Positions 49,113-59,313 of a stretch of DNA of 64,000 nt are shown one piece after another (position 1 is the first letter of the stretch; each line of letters opens with the position of its first letter). The position numbers were made by a program, and so were the translations under genes. The notes beneath the pieces were generated by a model. That model was not told the DNA's origin. It made no database searches and saw only the letters and a program-made list of their open reading frames with translations. Source of the DNA: Pelagimonas sp. (lineage in GTDB: Bacteria; Pseudomonadota; Alphaproteobacteria; Rhodobacterales; Rhodobacteraceae); the NCBI GenBank assembly GCA_049116335.1, contig JAGDYZ010000020.1, forward strand, positions 21,794-85,793, read 5' to 3'.

Positions 49113-51110
49113 TTACTGGTCCAAGAAGCTGCGCAGCTTGCGCGAGCGGCTTGGATGTTTCAGCTTCCGCAGCGCTTTCGCCTCAATCTGACGAATACGT
49201 TCGCGGGTTACGCTGAACTGCTGGCCTACTTCTTCCAGCGTGTGGTCGGTGTTCATACCGATGCCAAAGCGCATCCGCAGAACCCGCTCTTCACGCGGCG
49301 TCAGCGATGACAGAACCCGTGTGGTGGTCTCTTTCAAGTTTTCCTGAATGGCCGAGTCCAGCGGCAGTACCGCGTTTTTGTCTTCGATGAAATCGCCCAG
49401 CTGGCTGTCTTCTTCGTCGCCAATCGGAGTTTCCAGCGAAATCGGTTCTTTGGCGATCTTCATCACCTTGCGAACCTTTTCCAACGGCATCTGCAGCTTT
49501 TCTGCCAGTTCTTCCGGCGTCGGCTCGCGACCGATCTCATGCAGCATCTGACGGCCGGTCCGCACCAGTTTGTTGATCGTTTCGATCATGTGAACCGGAA
49601 TACGGATGGTGCGCGCCTGATCGGCAATCGAACGGGTGATCGCCTGACGGATCCACCAGGTCGCATAGGTCGAGAATTTGTAACCACGACGGTATTCAAA
49701 TTTATCGACGGCCTTCATCAGACCGATGTTGCCTTCCTGGATCAGATCAAGGAACTGCAGACCACGGTTGGTGTATTTTTTGGCGATCGAGATAACCAGA
49801 CGCAGGTTGGCTTCGACCATTTCCTTCTTGGCCTGACGGGCTTCTTTTTCGCCCTTCTGAACCTGCTGAACGATGCGGCGGAATTCGCTGATGTCGAGAC
49901 CAACATATTGGCCAACCTGAGCCATATCGGCCCGCAGCTCTTCTACCTTGTCCGAGCTGCGCTCGATGAACATCTGCCAGCCACGGCCGGATTTTTCACC
50001 CATCCGCTCAAGCCAGGTCGGGTCAAGCTCGTGGTTGCGATATTCATCCACAAACTCACGACGGTTGATCCGCGCCTGATCGGCCAGCTTCACCATCGAG
50101 CTGTCGATCGACATGATGCGCTTGTTGATGCCGTAGAGCTGGTCAATCAGCGCTTCGATCCGGTTGTTGTGCAGGTGAAGCTCGTTCACCAGTTCCACAA
50201 TCTCCGACCGCAGCTTCTGATAGCGCGCTTCTTCACCCTCGGAGAAGGTGTCGTCTTCGTTCAGAGTGGCCGAGATCCGCAGATCTTGCATCGCGGCCAG
50301 CTCTTCGTAATCCTGTGCGATGCGATCGAGCGTTTCCAGAACCCGCGGTTTGAGCGCGGCTTCCATCGCGGCCAGCGACATGTTGGCCTGTTCGTCATCG
50401 TCATCATCATCGTCTTTGGCAATCGGATTGCCATCCGCGTCGAGCTCGGGCTCATTGGCGGTTTTCGCAGGCTGTGCGCCATCCGTGGCAGCGGGAGCCG
50501 CGCCCACAACGGGCTCTTCAATCTCGCCGTCTTCGCCCATCTGGTTCCCAAAAGTGGTCTCCAGATCGATAACGTCGCGCAACAGAATGTCTTCGGACAG
50601 AAGTTCTTCGCGCCAGATGGTGATCGCCTGGAAAGTCAGCGGGCTTTCACACAGCCCGGCGATCATGGTGTTGCGGCCCGCCTCGATGCGTTTCGCAATC
50701 GCAATCTCACCTTCGCGCGACAGTAGTTCGACACTGCCCATTTCGCGCAGATACATGCGCACCGGGTCGTCGGTGCGATCCAGCTTTTCCTGACCAGTTG
50801 CGCCAAGAGCAACATCGCCGCCACGCTTGGATTCAACCAAATCGGTTGAGCCCTTGTTGTCGTCGTCCTCGCCCTCTTCCTCGTCTTCCGTGACCTGAAT
50901 GCCCATTTCAGAGAGCATCGACATCACATCTTCGATCTGGTCAGAGCTGACCTGATCCGGTGGAAGCACCTGGTTGAGCTGATCGTAGGTAATGTAGCCG
51001 CGTTCCCGGGCCTCTGCGATCATCTTTTTGACCGCAGCCTGGCTCATGTCGAGGCTGACATCCTCGTCCTGATGCTCCGACTTCGCGTCTTCATTATCCT
51101 TGGCTGCCAT
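49113..51110 (-). CDS. rpoD: RNA polymerase primary sigma factor RpoD
   Basis: Regions 1.1 to 4.2 are recognisable ([54 protein letters not shown]); 665 aa. Confidence 0.98.
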   Translation of the reverse strand: MAAKDNEDAKSEHQDEDVSLDMSQAAVKKMIAEARERGYITYDQLNQVLPPDQVSSDQIEDVMSMLSEMGIQVTEDEEEGEDDDNKGSTDLVESKRGGDVALGATGQEKLDRTDDPVRMYLREMGSVELLSREGEIAIAKRIEAGRNTMIAGLCESPLTFQAITIWREELLSEDILLRDVIDLETTFGNQMGEDGEIEEPVVGAAPAATDGAQPAKTANEPELDADGNPIAKDDDDDDDEQANMSLAAMEAALKPRVLETLDRIAQDYEELAAMQDLRISATLNEDDTFSEGEEARYQKLRSEIVELVNELHLHNNRIEALIDQLYGINKRIMSIDSSMVKLADQARINRREFVDEYRNHELDPTWLERMGEKSGRGWQMFIERSSDKVEELRADMAQVGQYVGLDISEFRRIVQQVQKGEKEARQAKKEMVEANLRLVISIAKKYTNRGLQFLDLIQEGNIGLMKAVDKFEYRRGYKFSTYATWWIRQAITRSIADQARTIRIPVHMIETINKLVRTGRQMLHEIGREPTPEELAEKLQMPLEKVRKVMKIAKEPISLETPIGDEEDSQLGDFIEDKNAVLPLDSAIQENLKETTTRVLSSLTPREERVLRMRFGIGMNTDHTLEEVGQQFSVTRERIRQIEAKALRKLKHPSRSRKLRSFLDQ

Positions 51111-51231
51111 GAGCTTCTCCTGAAAGGGGCCGGGGGCCGAACGATTCGCTAAACCGAATCAAAAACGCGGTTAAGCGATTCGGACACCCGTCTATCCCTA
51201 TTTCTTTACGCGACAATCGGCAAACACTCCG

Positions 51232-53238
51232 TCACTGTCCCGTTTTCCCAAAACCAATCTTAGATAAGAGCGAATCAAAGGCATCCCGTTCTTCCCGGTC
51301 GATATGGGCGCCATTCTCTCCTATCGCAAAATCAGCATCATTTTCATCTTTCAACCGACCCGCCTGAGCCCGCGCCCGTGTTGCCTCGGCCACACGCCAA
51401 GTCAGTGCCTCATCTGCCAGATCTTCCAGATCCTCTTGTGCCTCGGCCACCTCTGCCTGCCACCCGCGATGCGCTTCAAGCTTGGCCAGCTCTTCAGCCA
51501 CCGTCATGCGCGCCATATCGGCGTCACCAGGATTTCGAATGCAGGGCACTACGGCGACATGGCGTGCGTTGCACAAAGTTTCAAGGGCCATGGGGCCAAT
51601 TGCGCTCTCTGCGGCCTCAAAAAGATCGCGGCCTGTCCCGATGCAACTCAAAATGACATCGCGCAGCATGGCATGGTCCGTGTCCCGACAGGGCATCTCT
51701 TCCAGCTGCGTCTCGAACTCTTCCGCCACCTGCGGGGTTTTCAGCAATGCCGCGAGAATAACAGCTTCGCGCAAAGCCGCCTCGGCTTCATCCCCGGCCA
51801 CCGCCAAAAGCGAAGCTTTTGCGCCTTCTGTCGCCACTGGCTGAGCGTAACGTCCAATCGGGCCGCGCGGGCTCCAATTGCGTTTGCCCTTACCTCTGCC
51901 GCCTCCGGTAAACACAGCCGGTCCACCACCGCCGCCCGCATCACTGCTGCGCCCCTGGCGGAACAATTGAAACCGCAGCTCTTTGATATCATCGCCATAG
52001 TGGTGGCGCAGGCTTGGGTCTTTGATTTTGGCAATCCGCGCCCGAAGCAATTTATCCAGCGCGGCTTTGCGTTCCGGACTGTCGAACACCTTGCCTTCGG
52101 TTTCCTGACGCCACATCAAGCGCACCATCGGCAACGCGGCATCCAAAACGCCCTGCACGGCCTCTGGCCCACCCGAGCGCACCAGATCATCCGGGTCTTT
52201 GCCCTCGGGCATGATGGCAAAGCGCAGCCCCTTGCCCGCCTCAAGCAAAGGCAAGGCCAAATCAATCACACGATACGCCGCACGCAGACCGGCCTTGTCC
52301 CCATCCAGAGCAATCAGTGGCTCTTCTGAAACCCGCCACATCATCTGCATCTGCGGCTCGGTTACCGCCGTCCCAAGCGGCGCCACCGCAGCCTCGAACC
52401 CCGCCTCGGCCAAAGCGATCACATCCATATAGCCTTCGGCCACAATCAGTTGCTGCCCCCGCCCGGCTGCGGTGCGCGCATTGCGCAGATTGTAGAGGTT
52501 GCGGGATTTATCGAACAGCTCGGTTTCCGGCGAATTCAGATATTTGGCGTGATCGTCCGGATCCATGGCCCGGCCGCCAAAGGCAATTGCCTTGCCGCGC
52601 GCATCCCGGATCGGAAACATAATGCGGTTGCGGAACACATCATACGGCGCTCGCCCCTTGTCCGAGGCTTTGACCAGCCCACAGCCCAACATCAGATCCG
52701 GGCTGATCCCCTTGGCCGCCAAGGCTTCGCGCAGGTTTTCCCACCCCGCCGGCGCAAAGCCAATTTCAAACCGCTCCTGCGCCTCAAAGCTCAGGCCCCT
52801 CTTGGCCAGATAGGCGCGCGCGGCGGATCCGGCCTGCGTCTTCAACTGGAGGCGGAAGAACTGCACCGCCTGCTCCATTACATCGGTCAGCTGTGTGCGA
52901 CGATCCGCTTTTTCTTGAGCCCGAGGGTCAGCTTTGGGAATCTCCATTCCGGCTTCGGTTGCCAAAATCTCAATCGCCTCCATAAAGCCGACGTTTTCCG
53001 TCTCTTGCACAAATTTGATCGAGTCGCCCTTGGCCTGACAGCCAAAGCAATAATAATAGCCTTTTTTGTCATCCACATGAAAAGACGCGGTTTTTTCATG
53101 GTGAAAGGGGCAAGGCGCCCAAAGGTCACCTTTGCCTTGGTTTGATTTGCGCGCATCCCACATCAATTTTCGTCCGGCCACTTGGGCCAGGCTGGTGCGG
53201 TTGCGTAGTTCGTCTAAAAATCCGGGAGGCAGGCTCAT
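51232..53238 (-). CDS. dnaG: DNA primase
   Basis: Zinc finger CPFHHEKTASFHV....YYCFGC and a TOPRIM EGYMDVIAL. ATG at 53238 (MSLPPGFLDELR). Confidence 0.96.
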   Translation of the reverse strand: MSLPPGFLDELRNRTSLAQVAGRKLMWDARKSNQGKGDLWAPCPFHHEKTASFHVDDKKGYYYCFGCQAKGDSIKFVQETENVGFMEAIEILATEAGMEIPKADPRAQEKADRRTQLTDVMEQAVQFFRLQLKTQAGSAARAYLAKRGLSFEAQERFEIGFAPAGWENLREALAAKGISPDLMLGCGLVKASDKGRAPYDVFRNRIMFPIRDARGKAIAFGGRAMDPDDHAKYLNSPETELFDKSRNLYNLRNARTAAGRGQQLIVAEGYMDVIALAEAGFEAAVAPLGTAVTEPQMQMMWRVSEEPLIALDGDKAGLRAAYRVIDLALPLLEAGKGLRFAIMPEGKDPDDLVRSGGPEAVQGVLDAALPMVRLMWRQETEGKVFDSPERKAALDKLLRARIAKIKDPSLRHHYGDDIKELRFQLFRQGRSSDAGGGGGPAVFTGGGRGKGKRNWSPRGPIGRYAQPVATEGAKASLLAVAGDEAEAALREAVILAALLKTPQVAEEFETQLEEMPCRDTDHAMLRDVILSCIGTGRDLFEAAESAIGPMALETLCNARHVAVVPCIRNPGDADMARMTVAEELAKLEAHRGWQAEVAEAQEDLEDLADEALTWRVAEATRARAQAGRLKDENDADFAIGENGAHIDREERDAFDSLLSKIGFGKTGQ

Positions 53239-53318
53239 ATCTTCATATATTGGCCTTCCGCCCCGCAAGTCCAGCCCTCTCGCTCGCCCACTCCTCTGGC
53301 CGAGTGCGCCAATACGAA

Positions 53319-53339
53319 GGCCCAGCCTAGGGCTGGGCC
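53319..53339 (-). terminator. hairpin downstream of the sarcosine oxidase operon
   Basis: GGCCCAGCC-TAG-GGCTGGGCC perfect 9-bp stem. T-content after the stem on the minus strand is modest. Confidence 0.45.
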
Positions 53340-53382
53340 TGAGATATCCGGTGCGCCGATAGGCGCCCCATTTAACAGTGGC

Positions 53383-53667
53383 TCACAATGTCTCGCACTG
53401 GGCTTTCCAGGCCGCGCCAACCTCATCGGTCAACTGTTCTTCTGGCAGGCTATACACCCATTCCGCCAAGGCATCACCGGCAGTTTTGCCCAATCCCTCA
53501 CGCAAGGTGCGGCGGGCTTTGCGTTTGCGCACTCCCTCTGTCCGACCGGTCACAACCTCCATCACAAGCTCGGCCTGCGCGGCGCAATCAATGTCGAGCG
53601 CATCGCTCTCGGCCTGCGCCCCTGTCGCCAAAGCCACAAGGATCCCGGTTATCATCAAGCTTTTCAT
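53383..53667 (-). CDS. small secreted hypothetical protein (94 aa)
   Basis: Clear signal peptide MKSLMITGILVALATGAQA. Two Cys. ATGA overlap with the sarcosine oxidase gamma stop. Confidence 0.55.
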   Translation of the reverse strand: MKSLMITGILVALATGAQAESDALDIDCAAQAELVMEVVTGRTEGVRKRKARRTLREGLGKTAGDALAEWVYSLPEEQLTDEVGAAWKAQCETL

Positions 53668-54203
53668 CGTGCTGCTACCATCTGTAGGGCTGTGTCCAAA
53701 TCATGCACCAAAGTGGCAGCCATCGACCGGAAAGCCAAGATCTCAAAGGCGTCCGGCCCCACACGGGATATGGAAACCGTCATGTGCTGCAACAACGTAC
53801 GGGCACAATGGCCTTCGGCGAAAGTTGAGGCACGTAGGTCAATCGGGACGAGGCGGGCCAGAACCTCTTCCGCCCGAGCCCCCTCAAGACGCACCATGAC
53901 CCAAGCATCGCTCTGATCGGTCACCGCCGCCAAATCGGGCGTCAGGCCAGGCTCTGCCCCAAAGAACAAAGCCTGATCGCGACCACTCCAGATGCAACGC
54001 AGATCACCGGAACCGGTCACCCGATTGGGGGCTGGAAATCCAATGCCATGCGCGGTCAGCAATGCGGCATCCACCGCCGCCCCCTGCCCCTGCATAGGGG
54101 CCACTGAATACAGGTCGGTGATCGCCACTTCGCTCAGGGTCACTTTACCATGCGTGCGGGGCAGCAGCCCGTCACAGGGACTTTTTGCCAGTAATTCAGC
54201 CAC
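53664..54203 (-). CDS. soxG: sarcosine oxidase subunit gamma
   Basis: 179 aa immediately after the alpha subunit, with an 8-nt overlap. Typical SoxG size and position. Confidence 0.85.
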   Translation of the reverse strand: MAELLAKSPCDGLLPRTHGKVTLSEVAITDLYSVAPMQGQGAAVDAALLTAHGIGFPAPNRVTGSGDLRCIWSGRDQALFFGAEPGLTPDLAAVTDQSDAWVMVRLEGARAEEVLARLVPIDLRASTFAEGHCARTLLQHMTVSISRVGPDAFEILAFRSMAATLVHDLDTALQMVAAR

Positions 54204-57138
54204 GCAGCCGCCCTCCGTCTACATCAAATGCCACCGGGTCCGTCACTTCCACAACGGTCTCGACGCCGCGCAAATGATCCACCAGCTTCAATTTATCGCC
54301 ATGTCGCGCGCGACCATTGCGCACAAAGCCCAGCGCCCGCACCTCGCCCAACGTAGGCGAGAAACAGGTTGAGGTGACATAGCCCAGATCGTTCACCCGT
54401 GTGGGCTCGGCATCTGTCTCAAACACATGCGCCCCTGCGGGAATTTCCTTGATAGCCCCCACTGGGCGCAACCCAACCAACATCTCGCGATCGTCTTCGA
54501 GCAAGCCCGGACGCTCGGACATGGTTTTCCCAACGCAATCCTTCTTGGCAGACACCATCTTGCCAAATCCAATGTCAAAGGCGGTCACACGGCCATGGAT
54601 CTCGGCGTGGGTGATATGTCCCTTTTCGATCCGCAACACATTCAGCGCTTCCATCCCGTAGGCTCCGCCGTCCATGGCTTCGGCCCGCGCCACCAGCTCG
54701 CGGTACAGGCTATCGCCATAGCGCGCGGGCACAGCGATCTCGTAGGCATGTTCCCCCGAGAAGGAAATGCGGAACAGACGGGCCTTTACCCCCATCACCG
54801 AAACCTCGCCGTTCTGCATGAACGGAAAGCTTTCATCGTCAATGGGTGCGTCCAGCAGGCTGTTCAGCAGCTCACGCGATTTGGGGCCCGCCACAGCAAA
54901 CTGCGCCCATTGCTCGGTCACCGAAGTAAAGCGCACATCCATCTGCGGACAGAGCGCCTGATGCACCCATTCCAGATGACGCATGACCAATCCCGCCGCA
55001 GCGGTGGTGGTGGTCATCACCCATTGATTTTCCGACAGGCGGGCGGTGGTGCCATCATCCATCACATGCCCATCCTCGCGCAGCATCAACCCATAGCGCA
55101 CCCGCCCCGGTTTCAGCTTGGAAAAGCTGTTGGTGTAAACGAAATCAAGGAAGGTACCGACATCTTTGCCCTGCAGGTCAATCTTGCCCAGCGTCGACAC
55201 ATCGCAAATGCCCACGGTGCTGCGCACCATATTCACTTCGCGATCACAGCTTTGCCGCCAGGTGGTTTCGCCCTGCGCCGGGTAATAACTGGGACGATAC
55301 CACAGCCCCGCCTCAATCATCGGCGCCCCGCGTTCCACGGTGGCCTTGTGCGAAGTGGTAAACCGCTCAGGCGCAAACCCTTTGTCCGCACCACCGGCCC
55401 CCATGGCCGCAATGGACACAGGCACATAAGGCGGGCGGAAGGTGGTGGTGCCGGTTTCAGGAATATCACGCCCAGTGACATCCGCCAGAACCGCCAGCGC
55501 CGACACGTTTGAGCTTTTGCCCTGATCTGTCGCCATGCCCTGTGTGGTATAGCGCTTCATATGCTCGACCGAGCGGTAGTTCTCAACCGCAGCCTGCTTG
55601 ATGTCCTTCACCGTCACATCGTTCTGGAAATCCAGCCAAGCACGGCCTTTACCCTCAACCGCCCACAGACGGCCCTGACGATAAGGCGTATCTTCCGCCT
55701 CAGGAACCGCAGGAAGCTCGCCTTTGAACCCAAGATCGCGCGCGGCCTCCAAACCAGCCGCAGCCCCCTGCGCAAGACACCCAGCTGTCGAAAAGGCCCC
55801 ATTGGCCGCGCCAGCAACAGTCATGCCGGGGATGGCACCCTCACGGGGGACAAAAGCCAGAATGTCTTCGTTCCAAACGGGACGGCCATTCATGTGACAG
55901 GTCAGATGCACCGAAGGGTTCCAGCCGCCAGACACACCCAGCCCCTGCACATGCAGTTTGCTTTCTGAGCCATTGGGCGCACGCAGCGTGATGGCCTCAA
56001 GCCCCCGGAATCCATGACCTTTGGCCACCTGATGACCGGGGTAAAACGGCACGTCACCGGCCTTGTTCTCTGCATCATGGCGACTGTCGATCAGTGCAAC
56101 CACATGCAACCCTGCCTCTGCCATATCCCGCGCGGTGCGGTGGGCGTCGTCGTTGTTGCCAAAGACCGCAATAGGTTCGCCCGGCGCGACGCCCCAGCGA
56201 TTGAGATACGACCGCATGGATCCGGCCATCATGATGCCGGGAATATCATTGTTCTGAAACGCGATATGGCGTTCCAGCGCGCCCGCACAAAGCACCGACC
56301 GTTTGGCAACGATGCGCCAGAAACACTCGGTCGGTCGGCCCAGCGAATAGGGCAGATGATGCGCAACCCGCTCCAGAGCGCCAAAGGTGCCCTGATCATA
56401 GGCTCCGGTCACACTGGTGCGCGTCATGAGGCGGACATTCTCCATCGCCTCGAGCTCGGCCAACGCCGAGGCCGCCCAATCCGCGCCCTCTTGGCCATCC
56501 ACCTCTTCGGTTTCGGACAGCAGGCGCCCGCCAAACTCGGCCTCTTCCTGACACAGGATCACATCGGCCCCGGTTTTCGCCGCCGACAAAGCCGCCATCA
56601 GGCCAGAGGCCCCTCCGCCAATCACCAGAACATCGCAGAAGGCAAAGGCCTTTTCATAGCGATCCGAGGGACGTTCTCCAGACAAGGCACCCAAGCCCGC
56701 CGCGCGGCGGATCAGTGGCTCATAGACCTTTTCCCAAAAGGGTTTGGGCCACATGAAGGTTTTATAGTAGAACCCCGCCCCAAAAAATGGCGCCGCCAGA
56801 TTGTTCATCGACAGCAGATCCAACCCCAGCGAAGGCCAGCGGTTCTGGCTGCGCGCCTGCAACCCTTCGTACAGCTCCTGCGTCGTCGCCCGCACGTTGG
56901 GATCGGTTTTGTCTCCGCTGTGCATGGTGATCAGCGCATTGGGCTCTTCCGACCCAGCGGTCAGCACTCCCCGTGGGCGGTGGTACTTAAAGCTGCGCCC
57001 CATCAGGCGCACGCCTGCCCCCATCAAGGCCGAGGCCACGGTGTCGCCGCCAAAACCCTGATACGTCAGCCCATCAAATTTGAAGCTGATCTCTTTTGAC
57101 CGGTCGATCCGGCCCTTCCCGTCAATCCGCATGGGCAC
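54196..57138 (-). CDS. soxA: sarcosine oxidase subunit alpha
   Basis: 980 aa with an N-terminal 2Fe-2S-like/FAD-NAD region, VLVIGGGASGL, and a C-terminal aminomethyltransferase (GcvT)-like folate-binding domain. Confidence 0.95.
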   Translation of the reverse strand: MPMRIDGKGRIDRSKEISFKFDGLTYQGFGGDTVASALMGAGVRLMGRSFKYHRPRGVLTAGSEEPNALITMHSGDKTDPNVRATTQELYEGLQARSQNRWPSLGLDLLSMNNLAAPFFGAGFYYKTFMWPKPFWEKVYEPLIRRAAGLGALSGERPSDRYEKAFAFCDVLVIGGGASGLMAALSAAKTGADVILCQEEAEFGGRLLSETEEVDGQEGADWAASALAELEAMENVRLMTRTSVTGAYDQGTFGALERVAHHLPYSLGRPTECFWRIVAKRSVLCAGALERHIAFQNNDIPGIMMAGSMRSYLNRWGVAPGEPIAVFGNNDDAHRTARDMAEAGLHVVALIDSRHDAENKAGDVPFYPGHQVAKGHGFRGLEAITLRAPNGSESKLHVQGLGVSGGWNPSVHLTCHMNGRPVWNEDILAFVPREGAIPGMTVAGAANGAFSTAGCLAQGAAAGLEAARDLGFKGELPAVPEAEDTPYRQGRLWAVEGKGRAWLDFQNDVTVKDIKQAAVENYRSVEHMKRYTTQGMATDQGKSSNVSALAVLADVTGRDIPETGTTTFRPPYVPVSIAAMGAGGADKGFAPERFTTSHKATVERGAPMIEAGLWYRPSYYPAQGETTWRQSCDREVNMVRSTVGICDVSTLGKIDLQGKDVGTFLDFVYTNSFSKLKPGRVRYGLMLREDGHVMDDGTTARLSENQWVMTTTTAAAGLVMRHLEWVHQALCPQMDVRFTSVTEQWAQFAVAGPKSRELLNSLLDAPIDDESFPFMQNGEVSVMGVKARLFRISFSGEHAYEIAVPARYGDSLYRELVARAEAMDGGAYGMEALNVLRIEKGHITHAEIHGRVTAFDIGFGKMVSAKKDCVGKTMSERPGLLEDDREMLVGLRPVGAIKEIPAGAHVFETDAEPTRVNDLGYVTSTCFSPTLGEVRALGFVRNGRARHGDKLKLVDHLRGVETVVEVTDPVAFDVDGGRLRG

Positions 57139-57388
57139 GCTCCAGCAGTTCAGCGCCTTTGATTTCGTGGGTCACGGTATCGCGTGTCACCACCAACCAG
57201 GCGCCACATCCGGCTTCGTGAAACCACAGATCGCGCGTTTCGCCCGCAGGATTGTCGCGCAGATGCACATAATCGTTCCACGCCTCACCCCCGGCATCGG
57301 GACTTGGGCGGTGCGCAAGTGTTGCCGCACCCTGGTAGTAGAACTCGCGCCGGTCCCGCTCACCGCAGATCGGACAGGGTAGTCTCAT
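57122..57388 (-). CDS. soxD: sarcosine oxidase subunit delta
   Basis: MRLPCPICGERDRREFYY zinc motif; 88 aa. ATG at 57388 follows GAGGAGC. Confidence 0.92.
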   Translation of the reverse strand: MRLPCPICGERDRREFYYQGAATLAHRPSPDAGGEAWNDYVHLRDNPAGETRDLWFHEAGCGAWLVVTRDTVTHEIKGAELLERAHAD

Positions 57389-57398
57389 GCCTTGCTCC

Positions 57399-57902
57399 TC
57401 ACATCCCGTCACAGGCCGAAGCCTGCACACGGTTCAGGCGGTATTTCACCCACTGGTTTTGGACCTCAGCCAGATCCATTACACCGCCGCATTCTTCGTT
57501 GTCGCCGACCATCAGATATCGCGTTCTAAAGGTCAGACTGGTGTTGTCTTGTTTGGTCAGTTCAAGCGATCCACCGTCACACTCGACCTGACACACCGGG
57601 GTGTCGCCACGTTGGCTACACAAGAGAAATTGAGAAAGAGACTGCCCCGCCAGACCGGTGCCCCGCACATGGCCCTGATTGGCCGGGATCACCTGCATCT
57701 TACCGGCGCGGTCCGTATCGCTCAGCCATTCCCCCACCTGAAGGCGGATCACTTTGACCACCTGTTTGGGATGCTTTGCGAGATGGGCGTCGGAATAAAC
57801 CCGTTCGTAACAGCCCGGCCAGATTTCTCCGGCCTGCGCCATCTGCGGCCCAAGCTGGCCCAGTAAAACAGCGGCGATTGCGGCATTGACACGTCCCATC
57901 AT
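57399..57902 (-). CDS. hypothetical protein with a probable signal peptide and six Cys, inserted between the sarcosine oxidase beta and delta genes
   Basis: 167 aa. N-terminus MMGRVNAAIAAVLLGQLGPQMAQA. Six Cys in the mature part. 11-nt gaps to both neighbours. Confidence 0.5.
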   Translation of the reverse strand: MMGRVNAAIAAVLLGQLGPQMAQAGEIWPGCYERVYSDAHLAKHPKQVVKVIRLQVGEWLSDTDRAGKMQVIPANQGHVRGTGLAGQSLSQFLLCSQRGDTPVCQVECDGGSLELTKQDNTSLTFRTRYLMVGDNEECGGVMDLAEVQNQWVKYRLNRVQASACDGM

Positions 57903-57913
57903 CTCTCAAACTC

Positions 57914-59167
57914 CTAGTGTAAGTTGTGTTGTGACCCCGTTCCTTCTTCGTCCATCAACCCACGTCCGGTCGCAAAGCGATCCAGTCGGAAACCCAATGC
58001 GTTTTCCTGCATGTTGCCGGTTGCCATCAGGTGGGCAAAGGTATGTCCCGACCCCGGCACGGCTTTGAAGCCACCGTAGCACCAGCCGCAGTTCAGATAG
58101 AGGCCGTCGATATGGGTTTTATCGATGATCGGAGACCCATCCGGCGACATGTCCATAATGCCACCCCAGCTGCGCAGCACCTTGGCTTTGCCGATCATCG
58201 GCATCAGCGCCATGCCCGCTTCCATCACGTGTTCTTTCATCGGCAGATTGCCCCGCGCCGCATAAGACGCGTAGAAATCAAGATCGCCGCCAAAGACCAG
58301 ACCGCCTTTGTCCGACTGGCTGATATAGAAATGCCCCATGCCAAAAGACACGACATGATCGATACAGGGTTTCAGCCCCTCGGTCACAAAGGCCTGAAGC
58401 ACATGGCTTTCGATCGGCAGGCGCATACCTGCCATGGCCGCCACCTGGCTCGACCGACCGGCGACAACAATGCCCACTTTCTTGGCCCGGATCGCGCCGC
58501 GTGAGGTCTGAACCCCGGTGACCTGACCATTTTCTATATCAATGCCGGTAACTTCGCAGTTCTGGATCAGATCCACACCGCGTTGGTCCGCCCCACGGGC
58601 ATAGCCCCAGGCCACCGCGTCGTGCCGCGCCGTACCGCCGCGTGGGTGATACAAGCCGCCATAGACCGGGAAGCGTGGGTTATCAAAGCTGATATAGGGC
58701 AGCATTTTGCGCACCCCGTCACGGTCCAAAAGGATCGCGTCATCGCCCTGGTTCACCATCGCATTGCCGCGCCGCACAAAGGCATCGCGCTGGCCATCCG
58801 AGTGGAACAGATTGATAATACCGCGCTGTGAATGCATCACGTTGAAGTTCAGATCTTCTTCCAGACCTTCCCAAAGCTTCAACGAATGACTGTAGAATTC
58901 CGAATTGCCGGGCAGCGCGTAATTTGCCCGGACAATTGTGGTGTTACGGCCCACGTTGCCGCCACCGATATAGCCCTTTTCCAACACCGCAATGTTGGTC
59001 AGACCGTGTTCCTTGGCCAGATAATAGGCGGTCGACAACCCGTGACCACCACCGCCAATGATGATGATATCATATTCCGCCTTAGGCGCCGGATCGCGCC
59101 AATGGGGTTTCCAGCCTTTGTTGCCGGTCAAACCCTGCGCGAGAACCTTGAGGCCCGAAAACCGCAT
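57914..59167 (-). CDS. soxB: sarcosine oxidase subunit beta
   Basis: YDIIIIGGGGHGLSTAYYL FAD motif; 417 aa from the ATG at 59167 (MRFSGLKVL). Confidence 0.95.
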   Translation of the reverse strand: MRFSGLKVLAQGLTGNKGWKPHWRDPAPKAEYDIIIIGGGGHGLSTAYYLAKEHGLTNIAVLEKGYIGGGNVGRNTTIVRANYALPGNSEFYSHSLKLWEGLEEDLNFNVMHSQRGIINLFHSDGQRDAFVRRGNAMVNQGDDAILLDRDGVRKMLPYISFDNPRFPVYGGLYHPRGGTARHDAVAWGYARGADQRGVDLIQNCEVTGIDIENGQVTGVQTSRGAIRAKKVGIVVAGRSSQVAAMAGMRLPIESHVLQAFVTEGLKPCIDHVVSFGMGHFYISQSDKGGLVFGGDLDFYASYAARGNLPMKEHVMEAGMALMPMIGKAKVLRSWGGIMDMSPDGSPIIDKTHIDGLYLNCGWCYGGFKAVPGSGHTFAHLMATGNMQENALGFRLDRFATGRGLMDEEGTGSQHNLH

Positions 59168-59313
59168 TCTGCCACTCCATCTGAAAACAGGGCCAGTAAA
59201 CCGGCCCTGCTGTGGAGTATCAATGCCTTGGCACGACAAACATGGGAGTTTTCGACAAAGGCATGTCCGCTAGCGACACTTTGTGACGTTTGGCGACTTT
59301 GCCCAAGCCCGCT

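Noticed and set aside
49539-50726. 395-aa plus-strand ORF antisense to rpoD. Similar antisense ORFs lie at 51304..52329 (dnaG), 54427..55512 and 56014..57099 (sarcosine oxidase alpha), 19575..20630 (accC), 62731..63756 (dehydrogenase), 27558..28487 (soxD), 31752..32591 (soxA), 44305..45294 (M20) and 664..1419 (MBL hydrolase).
   Set aside because: All are shadow ORFs opposite strongly supported genes. They have no RBS or motifs and show Arg/Gly/His-rich composition.
25297-59239. Apparent duplication of the gene names soxA, soxB, soxD and soxG.
   Set aside because: This is a nomenclature collision only. 25.3-36 kb is the sulfur-oxidation Sox system and 53.7-59.2 kb is sarcosine oxidase. The proteins are unrelated.
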